This document shows, piece by piece, positions 8,716 to 16,638 of a stretch of 32,638 bases of DNA. Under the pieces are notes generated by a model. That model did not search any database and was not told the origin of the DNA. It was given only the letters and a program-made list of their open reading frames with translations. The stretch's first letter is position 1. The number at the start of each line of letters is the position of its first letter. This stretch comes from an uncultured archaeon (GTDB taxonomy: Archaea; Asgardarchaeota; Hermodarchaeia; Hermodarchaeales; Hermodarchaeaceae), in the NCBI GenBank assembly GCA_964347045.1, contig CAYFXC010000020.1, positions 1 to 32,638 of the forward strand, written 5' to 3'. The position numbers and the translations under genes were made by a program.

Positions 8716-9917
8716 GACGTTGCCTCCTTATTTGAATTAGTTTCTGTTTTTCTATTGGTTATTTCGCCCGAGTTTTTAGGAGGATAAAAACTATCACGTT
8801 GAGTATAGAATAGAAATGGTAATGTTAGGCATAAAACCCAGTAATGGGCGAGTCCTTCAGATGTACTGGCAATGAATAGGGCAAGGAGAATACCAGGGAT
8901 AAAGATAGCCAAGGCTTTACGGGGATATTTGATAAAATATCCTAGTCCGAATATTCCAAGCACAGCTACTATTAACATCATTAATGGCGTGATTTTTGGG
9001 GCAACAGTTGGGGGAAGACCGAAAAGTATACTGATGTTGAAAGCCCATGCCGGGATAGATCCCATGAAAAGAAAGGCGAGGGGGTAGTATCGATTGTAAT
9101 ATGGACTAAGATTGTTACTATCTTGCCAGTTGACGGGTGGTCGCCCAATTTGTTGAATTAGGAGGTCTTGACTAAAAAAGATGGGATTCCAGAAGAAAAA
9201 TAGTAAAACAACAATTATTACCGGTATCATACCAAAGAGGTTGAGGGGGAGTTGATTGCGTCGCCAATGATAAACGAGAAGAAAAGGAATGAAAATTACT
9301 CCCATTTGATATGTGGTTGTAAGTAGCATGGCATAAATACCGTTGCGAATGGGCTTATCCAAGTTCAGTAGGGTAAGCGTAAGCAGCAATAAAGGAAGTG
9401 AGATGAATGTAATGATGTCGACGAACACGAAGAAAGGATTGATCCAGATGACTTTTGAAATGATTCGGTGATCTCTTTGCCACAATCTATAGTAGGTGAC
9501 GAAATCAAACAACCAATGTATGAGAAAGAATGCAGGCATAAAATCCATTTTGCCAATACTCTGAGGCCCTAGCCAAAGAACTGTAGGGAGATGGAAGATG
9601 ATTGCAAAAGGGGGGTAATTGAAATATTCTTGGGTGAAAGGTCCAGCAAAAGTGTGTAAGAGGTATGTTTTTCCATATGGGTTGATGCCTTGGAGTAAGT
9701 TTACCATGCCCTTAAACACTAGCTCGTTCATATCCGTTATATCGCCAGCAATATTGAGGAACATTATAAAGCCAACAAGAGTTGCTGTGCGGACAATGAT
9801 GCCTGCCCAGAATTCACTTTCTCGGAAAAGCTTGGGGAAATCAGTGAGATTTAATGCATTGCGTACCCGTATCCAGGTAGATATCTCTGATTGTGGCTCA
9901 GAATGTTCTGCTGTCAA
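8712..9917 (-). CDS. GT-C fold (GT87/DUF2029-like) glycosyltransferase, paralog 1
   Basis: Polytopic membrane protein with DITDMNEL...QGINPY...FNYPP and WINP. The D...G.NPY...YPP loop is typical of GT87-like enzymes. Confidence 0.72.
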   Translation of the reverse strand: MTAEHSEPQSEISTWIRVRNALNLTDFPKLFRESEFWAGIIVRTATLVGFIMFLNIAGDITDMNELVFKGMVNLLQGINPYGKTYLLHTFAGPFTQEYFNYPPFAIIFHLPTVLWLGPQSIGKMDFMPAFFLIHWLFDFVTYYRLWQRDHRIISKVIWINPFFVFVDIITFISLPLLLLTLTLLNLDKPIRNGIYAMLLTTTYQMGVIFIPFLLVYHWRRNQLPLNLFGMIPVIIVVLLFFFWNPIFFSQDLLIQQIGRPPVNWQDSNNLSPYYNRYYPLAFLFMGSIPAWAFNISILFGLPPTVAPKITPLMMLIVAVLGIFGLGYFIKYPRKALAIFIPGILLALFIASTSEGLAHYWVLCLTLPFLFYTQRDSFYPPKNSGEITNRKTETNSNKEATS

Positions 9918-10039
9918 GGAAGGTACGCCCCGTTAAATGGAGAAAAGAGCGGTGTAAGGCTTCTGCATCTTTACCGCGTATAAGCCTTATGATAACCAAT
10001 TCATTGGCAGTAAATACTATAGACTATTGTGAAGCGAAT

Positions 10040-11110
10040 TTAGAGATACCGTCGGAACATCCTACCCCATTCAGTTTTCATAATCCGATCGATGTGTTTT
10101 TTGCCACGGGTTTTGAGCCATATATCGCGAAGATAGTGGCTAATTTTTACGTTGACATTGAAGAAAGCAGATCGCATCATGAAGGGCTCTAAGAAGCTGC
10201 TGCGAAAGAATCGATCGAATCGAATAACTGGATCGAGTTTTGTTTCATACTCAAAGCAGACGCCATTGACTTCATCGCCTACGATTTCTTTTGTACAAAG
10301 ATCGCCATTTCCAAGGCCCTGTTCATGGGCTATACGTACGTGACCGATTTCCATAGGATCATATCCGATCATTTGAGCACAGAGTGCATCCAGAGCTACG
10401 AGGTCTCCACTTGCGGCGATATAGTTTTGTACATAGGGGTGCCCAGTTCGTGGACCTGCTCCATCCATGGCAATGGTGCTATCAGCAAACGCAAATAGTG
10501 GGCCACAGAATTCTTGTTGGATTCGTAGCAAGTCGACGAGAATTTCATGGATTTTTAGATGGTAATGATGGCGAACTGTGCGGAGAAAGCCAAAGGCGTT
10601 TTTCATCGAACAAGTGATTGTGCTATGTCCATGACACTTGAAAGTGGGTAGATGAATTATTTGGGCATCAATGATGGGTTTTGGCATCAGCATGTCTTCT
10701 TGTCCAAAAACCATAGGTTTGGAAGGATTCACTTCTACCCATTCCTCGTCAATGAGGATAGTCCATGGCACATCATGTTTTTCGAGCAATGGAACATAGC
10801 GATTCTTGTACATTCCTGTACGGGCATCAGTGACCACGGTCATATTTTCCAAAGCGAGTACATCAGTGAAGTTTCGTTTAGACAATTCACGAAGCGTCGC
10901 ATCGAGTTGGTAAGGTTGTGTGGAACATGAGGGGAAGTATTCCTGCCAAGAGATGTTAAGCTTCATCACCGTAGGAACCCTTGGATCAAAAATTTGATCG
11001 AATTTAGCAAGCCGAAATAGTCGGGCCACATCGTCAAAATAGGTTTCCGGTGTGGTTTTAACAACAGCGAGAGGAAGTTTGCTAGGGTCTATCTTTTTCA
11101 CGGTAATCAC
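10040..11110 (-). CDS. DUF362 family protein (putative Fe-S/metal-dependent enzyme)
   Basis: KLN...CST.P, IHLPTFKCHGHSTITCSMKNAFG, D...AMDGAGPRTG, SGDLVALDA...GLG are DUF362 hallmark motifs. Confidence 0.85.
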   Translation of the reverse strand: MITVKKIDPSKLPLAVVKTTPETYFDDVARLFRLAKFDQIFDPRVPTVMKLNISWQEYFPSCSTQPYQLDATLRELSKRNFTDVLALENMTVVTDARTGMYKNRYVPLLEKHDVPWTILIDEEWVEVNPSKPMVFGQEDMLMPKPIIDAQIIHLPTFKCHGHSTITCSMKNAFGFLRTVRHHYHLKIHEILVDLLRIQQEFCGPLFAFADSTIAMDGAGPRTGHPYVQNYIAASGDLVALDALCAQMIGYDPMEIGHVRIAHEQGLGNGDLCTKEIVGDEVNGVCFEYETKLDPVIRFDRFFRSSFLEPFMMRSAFFNVNVKISHYLRDIWLKTRGKKHIDRIMKTEWGRMFRRYL

Positions 11111-11166
11111 CTAAAATGCCCAGTCAAGCTCTGGGTGAGCTGAATCAGCTTTAACTTTTCGGTCTA

Positions 11167-12207
11167 TCAATCTTCCATTGTTTCAGGTTTCTCAGAGTGT
11201 TCAGCTTCTTGGAGTTCGCGGTAACCCCGTCCCATGGTTGCCAAAGATGGTGCACCAAGAATAGTGAGACCAATAATATAGACCATTGCATCCAAAAGGG
11301 CAATACTGGCTGCAGCTGCAGTCCATACTCCTAACAAGGTAGTGATAGTTAGTGTCTGTGTTATGAAAATACTAATCCCTGCGGGAAGTAGAATTGCCAA
11401 GATGTGACCAGTCATGTAGCTAATACCGAGGACAAACATAGATTGAGGTATCGTGACAATTTCACCAAATATGAGAGCAATAAATGTTAATTTTACAGTT
11501 TCAAGCATCCATATTGGGACACTCAAAAGGAAAGCCCATCCTGAGTTCCAACTACTGATATCTGTTCGTAAATCAATGGCAAAGTTTTCCACGAAGGAAG
11601 GAACTTCTTCTTTGAGCCGTTCTGAGGGTCTAAATAATCGCCCAGCGATTCGTGACATTAGTCCAACAAAACGATCATTTCGGATAAGAATGAAGAACGC
11701 TACGAAGGCTACAGCAACAAAAGTTCCAGAAAGGAGGTAGGTAAATATTTGACCTGTTACTGCTCCAAAAATTAGAAAGCCGAACACAATAATAATTAGA
11801 ATTAATGCTGCGAAATCTAGAACCCGAGCCCAAACAATTGAGGCGAGGCCAGCAGTAAATCGAGTACTCTGTTTTTCACGAAGCCAATAAGGAGTAGCAA
11901 TATCACCTGCACGCAAAGGGGCGACATAGGTGAGGAAAATCCCCCCAACTAGCATTGGGAATTGATTTGCGGGATTACCTTTGGTATTGAACGGACGTAA
12001 AAGTACCCACCAACGGATCGCCCGAAGAACATATGCAGCCCCGAAAAGTGCAAAGGCGGGAAGAAGCCAAACCATTACATTCGTAGGATTAGAAAGTATT
12101 GTGATAATTGCCCATATTCCTCCAATAGGCCATAATGCTATTTGCAGCCAGAGAATGATAAGTATCAAACTAATTATAGCAACGATGTAATAGGTTCGGG
12201 CTCGCAT
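11167..12207 (-). CDS. Lysylphosphatidylglycerol-synthase TM-region / UPF0104 (AglD2-like) putative flippase
   Basis: About 8 TM segments, with LRAIRWWVLL, P.RAGD, 'LASIVWARVLD' and LPAG motifs. Confidence 0.82.
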   Translation of the reverse strand: MRARTYYIVAIISLILIILWLQIALWPIGGIWAIITILSNPTNVMVWLLPAFALFGAAYVLRAIRWWVLLRPFNTKGNPANQFPMLVGGIFLTYVAPLRAGDIATPYWLREKQSTRFTAGLASIVWARVLDFAALILIIIVFGFLIFGAVTGQIFTYLLSGTFVAVAFVAFFILIRNDRFVGLMSRIAGRLFRPSERLKEEVPSFVENFAIDLRTDISSWNSGWAFLLSVPIWMLETVKLTFIALIFGEIVTIPQSMFVLGISYMTGHILAILLPAGISIFITQTLTITTLLGVWTAAAASIALLDAMVYIIGLTILGAPSLATMGRGYRELQEAEHSEKPETMED

Positions 12208-12348
12208 TGCAACCAGCTATTGAAGTTGATAAAATTGCACCACCTCTTGTTTTAAACCTAAAAATGCTATTGGTATCAAGAAATTAATATCGAGGAATAT
12301 TGGAATCTTTCGTTAAAACAGATAAGCTTTATTAACCCAATAACACGT

Positions 12349-13110
12349 GTGCAGTCTGGTATGCCCCCAAAATATGCTGTCATCCCCGCTGCGGGTGAAG
12401 GAAAACGTATCCGTCCTTATTCGGAAAAAGTACCGAAACCCATGATCCAGGTTTTCGGACGCCCGATTTTAGCCCATGTGATTGATAGATGCAAAGATGC
12501 TGGAATTTCAAAAATTATCATAGTAGTAAAGCCGGAATCAAAAGCAGTAAAGAAGTATTTTCACGATGGGAGTGAACTCGGGGTTTCAATAGAATATGTC
12601 GAGCAGCCCAAACCAGAAGGGATTGGACATGCTGTGGGACTTACCGAAGGTATTGTGGGCACGCCTTTCGCTGTATATCTAGGAGATGAACTGTATTTGG
12701 ACTCAGACCATAAAGGCTTCATCCAATCCTTCGAAAAAACTGGGTGTGCAGCGTCAATAGGAATTATGCGTGTAGACAATGAAAACCTCATCCGGAAAAA
12801 TTACTCTGTTGAAATCGACCCAACAACCCAAATCATCCAACATCTTGTTGAGAAACCCACTAGGCTGACAAGCAATATTCTTGGTTGTGGATCGTATATC
12901 TTTGATGACGTCGTATTCGAAGCTATAAGACGCACACCCCGGTCAAAGAAAAATGAAATCGAAATCACTGATACCCTCAATACTATTCTTGAATTAGGTT
13001 ATGACATCTATGGTTATTACCTAGGTGGCCACTATTTGAACGTGACATATCCGGAGGATATAGTTAAGGCAGAAAAACTTCTGAGCATAGATAGGGACTC
13101 GATTTTATAG
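12349..13110 (+). CDS. Sugar-1-phosphate nucleotidyltransferase (RmlA/GalU-like)
   Basis: AVIPAAGEGKRIRP...PKPM, EQPKPEGIGHAV, YLGD, EKP and EITD motifs. The start may be ATG at 12361. Confidence 0.9.
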   Translation: MQSGMPPKYAVIPAAGEGKRIRPYSEKVPKPMIQVFGRPILAHVIDRCKDAGISKIIIVVKPESKAVKKYFHDGSELGVSIEYVEQPKPEGIGHAVGLTEGIVGTPFAVYLGDELYLDSDHKGFIQSFEKTGCAASIGIMRVDNENLIRKNYSVEIDPTTQIIQHLVEKPTRLTSNILGCGSYIFDDVVFEAIRRTPRSKKNEIEITDTLNTILELGYDIYGYYLGGHYLNVTYPEDIVKAEKLLSIDRDSIL

Positions 13111-13803
13111 GTTTAATATGACTTTGATCATTTGCAGGCCATTTCGGAAGGCTTTTCCCTTTGAAGTTGTTATTTTTGCAGCTCCAACCCGAGTCAGATA
13201 GAAAACAGGGATTTCTTTTATCTTTCCGCCATATTCGAGCACTTTGACAATCATTTGCGGAGAAAATGAGGCTCCTTCAGCATCTAAATCCGGAAGAATG
13301 GCTTCCAGCATTTCACGTCGAATCACACGCAGAGTACACCCGACATCAGTCAAAGGTGGATATCCATGAAGTAAACCAAGGAGCTTCGCCACGGCTATGT
13401 TGCCAACTACTAGGAAAAGACCCATGTTCGCTCCTTTCTCCAAATACGGCGTCGTAGTTCTAGTCCCTACAACAAAGTGATGACTGCGAACCTCTTCCAA
13501 AAGTCGAGAAACATCAACTCCACGAAAAGTTTGATCTGCCTCAGTTATAATTATGAGATCATAGCCCCGATCTAATGCTTCTTGTAGTCCACGACATATG
13601 GCAGCTCCATATCCTTGTATTGGTTCTGTAACCACCGTGGCGCCAGCGGCCTTTGCTACGTTTGCGGTGTTATCAGTAGAGTTGTTGTCAATAACAATGA
13701 CATCATCGACTTCGGGGGTCATGAAATCTTTGACAGTAAAAGCGATAGGTTCTTCTTCATTCCAAGCAGGAATGACGACACAGACACGTTTACCACAATA
13801 CAT
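13105..13803 (-). CDS. GT2 glycosyltransferase, dolichol/polyprenol-phosphate-sugar synthase (DPM1-like)
   Basis: VVIPAWNEE, VIDNNSTDNT, GYG.A, EAD (DxD position), VVGTR, TDVGC and EIPV.Y..R.G..K motifs; no TM. Overlaps the convergent gene by 6 nt. Confidence 0.88.
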   Translation of the reverse strand: MYCGKRVCVVIPAWNEEEPIAFTVKDFMTPEVDDVIVIDNNSTDNTANVAKAAGATVVTEPIQGYGAAICRGLQEALDRGYDLIIITEADQTFRGVDVSRLLEEVRSHHFVVGTRTTTPYLEKGANMGLFLVVGNIAVAKLLGLLHGYPPLTDVGCTLRVIRREMLEAILPDLDAEGASFSPQMIVKVLEYGGKIKEIPVFYLTRVGAAKITTSKGKAFRNGLQMIKVILNL

Positions 13804-13899
13804 GAAAGCACACCGGGAGTTTGACTTCAGGGATTATGTCGTTCCATTGAAAGGCTTCCTATAAAAGAATAGGAGCTTCAAAAAAAGGTAGCCTAGAGT

Positions 13900-14505
13900 T
13901 TAAGCTTTCAGTGAATAAGCTGGTTTCAGATGGCCTTCATCTGTGGCTTGTAGCATTTTCTTAGCGAGAAACTCGAAGAGCTGAGTAACATTTTCACCTG
14001 ACCGAGCAGAGACTGGCATATAAGCACAAATGCCATTGCTCAAACAGAAGCGACGGATATCCGTTTCGGAAGGACCCCCTTCTAAATCGGCTTTCGCCCC
14101 TACAAGGATTATAGGGATTTTATTTGTGCTATTATGGATAATATTCATCCAAAATTCTAGTTGAAGGAATGTAGAAAATCGGCTTAAATCAAAGACTACT
14201 ATAGCACCATGTGCTCCAAGACAGAAGATAGGCATCAAGTCGCGGAATCGTTCTTCACCGCCGAAATCCCAAATCGATAAACCAACTTTTTGCGCGTTAA
14301 ACTCTAATTCTTGATAAGCAAATTCTGAGCCAACGGTCATAATTGGCGTGGTACTGTAATCATAAACATAGCGTTGGATGATGCTGGTCTTCCCCACTCC
14401 TCCTTCACCAGCAACGATTACCTTAAAAATTGGAGTCTGCGGTTCGGTAGCAGGTGTTTGGACTACTGCTTCAGTTCTCCCATTGGAGTGCTGATGTGTA
14501 GCCAG
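13900..14505 (-). CDS. Rab-like small GTPase (Asgard Ras superfamily); start codon uncertain (CTG at 14505 proposed)
   Basis: The frame extends upstream of the called GTG to give IFKVIVAGEGGVGKTS (G1). Also TVG (G2), IWDFGGEERFR (G3), GAKAD (G4) and SAR (G5). No C-terminal Cys. In-frame TAA at 14511-14509 bounds the gene. Confidence 0.88.
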   Translation of the reverse strand: MATHQHSNGRTEAVVQTPATEPQTPIFKVIVAGEGGVGKTSIIQRYVYDYSTTPIMTVGSEFAYQELEFNAQKVGLSIWDFGGEERFRDLMPIFCLGAHGAIVVFDLSRFSTFLQLEFWMNIIHNSTNKIPIILVGAKADLEGGPSETDIRRFCLSNGICAYMPVSARSGENVTQLFEFLAKKMLQATDEGHLKPAYSLKA

Positions 14506-14703
14506 AGTTTACACCACATGGCAAGCCCTTTGCGACAACCACTCTGCGAGCGGTTGCCACACCTTTCAGTTCAATTACCTGAAAGCGAATTTTTATACTC
14601 TTCCAGTTCTTCGATCCATCTTTGTATTTTATTGGATTTTTCGCAACTACTTTAGGATAAGAACCCTGAATTATAGTAGTTCCAAAATGCAAGGTGTGAA
14701 ACA

Positions 14704-15858
14704 GTGACTAATGCAGTTGCAGTATTCTACGATGAACGCTTCATGAAGTATGATTTTGGACCACACCATCCATTGCATGAGGACCGAATTTTACTTCATT
14801 ACGAGTTAAGTAAGGCATTAGGATTGTTATCGAGTGAAGGAGTGAGTGAACCTGATTTTAAACCTGCCACTGATGAGCATCTCCAATTGGTGCACACCCA
14901 GAAATATATCGAAGAAATTCGCCGGCTAAGTCATCAAAATGGATACGCTACACTCGACAAGGGAGACACCGTTGCATTTCCTGGGGCATATGATATTGCC
15001 CGATTGAAGGTTGGAGGTACCATTGCTGCTGTTGATAGTGTGATACAAGGAATATCGGATCATTCTTGGAATCCTGGTGGTGGGCTTCATCATGCTCACG
15101 CAGAGCGTGCGTCTGGATTTTGTATATTCAATGATGTAGCCATTGCATGCCATTATCTGAAACGCAGATACAACAAAAAGCGCATCATGTATCTTGATAT
15201 TGATGTTCATCATGGCGATGGTGTTGAAGAGCAATTCATTGCAGACCAAGAAGTTCTCACACTTTCGATTCATCAGACAGGGCGAACTCTGTTTCCTGGA
15301 ACAGGTTATCCTCATGAGATTGGAGAAGGACCTGGACGGGGATATACAGTAAATCTTCCCCTTCCTCCATATACGCAAGATGAACAATATTTGCAAGCTT
15401 TCGAAGCTATTGTTCCTCCTATCATTAAAGCCTATGAACCGGAAGTTATTGTAATGCAAGCCGGGGTTGATGCGCATTTCCAGGATCAGCTAGGTAATCT
15501 CATCCTTACAACTCAAGCTTTTAGTCATATCAGTCATCGTGTCCATGAACTCGCACATAAATATTCGAATGGTCAATTAGTCGCTGTAGGTGGTGGAGGA
15601 TACTCCTATCTATCTGTACCCCGTTGTTGGACGATTATTCTAGCTCAGATTATCGGAGTAGAAGTTCAAGATAAGCTTCCCAAAGATTGGAGAACACGAT
15701 TCAATCAGATCACTCAATTGGACGCTCCTACACATCTCCATGATAAAAAAGTTCCAACACTTTCTCAAAGGGATAAAGAGTATATCGGAAGCATCGTCTC
15801 AAAAAGCGTAAAACGTGTTCAAGAGTTGGTTTTTCCAATTCTTGCTATAAAAGAATAG
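14704..15858 (+). CDS. acuC: Zn-dependent histone deacetylase family protein (AcuC / class I HDAC-like)
   Basis: HP, GGGLHHA, SGFCIFND, DIDVHHGDG, SIHQ...FPGTG, QAGVDAH and GGGGY catalytic motifs are all intact. Confidence 0.92.
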   Translation: MTNAVAVFYDERFMKYDFGPHHPLHEDRILLHYELSKALGLLSSEGVSEPDFKPATDEHLQLVHTQKYIEEIRRLSHQNGYATLDKGDTVAFPGAYDIARLKVGGTIAAVDSVIQGISDHSWNPGGGLHHAHAERASGFCIFNDVAIACHYLKRRYNKKRIMYLDIDVHHGDGVEEQFIADQEVLTLSIHQTGRTLFPGTGYPHEIGEGPGRGYTVNLPLPPYTQDEQYLQAFEAIVPPIIKAYEPEVIVMQAGVDAHFQDQLGNLILTTQAFSHISHRVHELAHKYSNGQLVAVGGGGYSYLSVPRCWTIILAQIIGVEVQDKLPKDWRTRFNQITQLDAPTHLHDKKVPTLSQRDKEYIGSIVSKSVKRVQELVFPILAIKE

Positions 15859-15937
15859 TTGGATTTTCCCTATGATTATTCGGTGATTGGATGAACAATT
15901 GCATCCAAATAGCCGTGCAAAGGATGCTAATTAGGCA

Positions 15938-16474
15938 TCAGAGGTATTCTTTCTGGAGAGAAGAAATCACAGAATCTAAAAACTTGCTTACCTCTTGGGC
16001 TTCGTTTGCTTTGGCTTCTAGTTGCTGAATAAGATCTATTGCTGCCCGTTTGCGATCCAATTCATTTGGGATACTTCGTAGACGTTGAACCATTGACACC
16101 AATTGATGAAGTTCGGGATAGCTTCGCTGAATGATGCCTTCGATGGTACGAGGTTGTCGCATACTTGGTACAACACGAACGATCCGTATTCCTTGAGGAG
16201 TGATTTGAACGGAAACTCGCACAGTCTTTGCCAAACGGTAGTATTTCCGTGGCGGTCCTCGGATGCTTTCATCCTCATACGTTTCTAAGAATCCTTTTTC
16301 AATTAATTCTTGTAGGTGCCTGAGAATAGCCTGTTGATGTACAGCGAGCTCGCGGCTGAGCTGACCTAAAAACATGGGTTCTTGAGACAAGCGTCGGAGA
16401 ATTTCAAACCGTGTAGGATTTCCAAGTAGCCAAAACAGATGTATGTATTCATCTTGAGAATTATCGTGCGACAT
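15938..16474 (-). CDS. ArsR-type wHTH heat-shock repressor (Phr/HSR1-like)
   Basis: LGNPTRFEILRRLSQEPMFLGQLSREL.V.QQAILRHL..L...G...GPPRKYY plus a C-terminal coiled coil. Divergent from hsp20. Confidence 0.85.
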   Translation of the reverse strand: MSHDNSQDEYIHLFWLLGNPTRFEILRRLSQEPMFLGQLSRELAVHQQAILRHLQELIEKGFLETYEDESIRGPPRKYYRLAKTVRVSVQITPQGIRIVRVVPSMRQPRTIEGIIQRSYPELHQLVSMVQRLRSIPNELDRKRAAIDLIQQLEAKANEAQEVSKFLDSVISSLQKEYL

Positions 16475-16500
16475 GGGATTTAACCTCGTGATGTGGGTAA

Positions 16501-16603
16501 CTCACTAGATGTTAGTGACATTTTGCGAGTATTTAGTGTTACGGTTCTGTAGAAACCTTTAAAAGCGAGTATTACACACATTTTGTTAGTCACAATATGT
16601 GAG
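16501..16603. promoter_or_regulatory. Divergent promoter with paired HSR1-like operator boxes flanking a TATA box
   Basis: CTCAC-N5-GTTAG (16501-16515), GTGAC-N5-GCGAG (16515-16529), CACAC-N5-GTTAG (16575-16589) and GTCAC-N5-GTGAG (16589-16603), with TTTAAAA at 16558-16564. Compare the Archaeoglobus HSR1 motif CTAAC-N5-GTTAG. Confidence 0.7.
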
Positions 16604-16638
16604 TAAATCAGAGAGAGCAAACAAGGAGGTAAAGTCCC

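Noticed and set aside
11118-11150. Small palindromes (AGCTGAATCAGCT; GCCCAG/CTGGGT) upstream of the DUF362 gene
   Set aside because: They are short, and the only echo is a 9-mer near 28221, which is not distinguishable from chance without comparative data.
14374-14692. ORFs 14374..14655 (+) and 14471..14692 (-)
   Set aside because: No motifs; they span the divergent promoter region and the GTPase 5' end, so they are likely spurious.
14926-15477. 183-aa antisense ORF within the HDAC gene (likewise 19789..20190 within the gelsolin gene)
   Set aside because: Antisense shadows of well-supported genes, with no independent coding signal.
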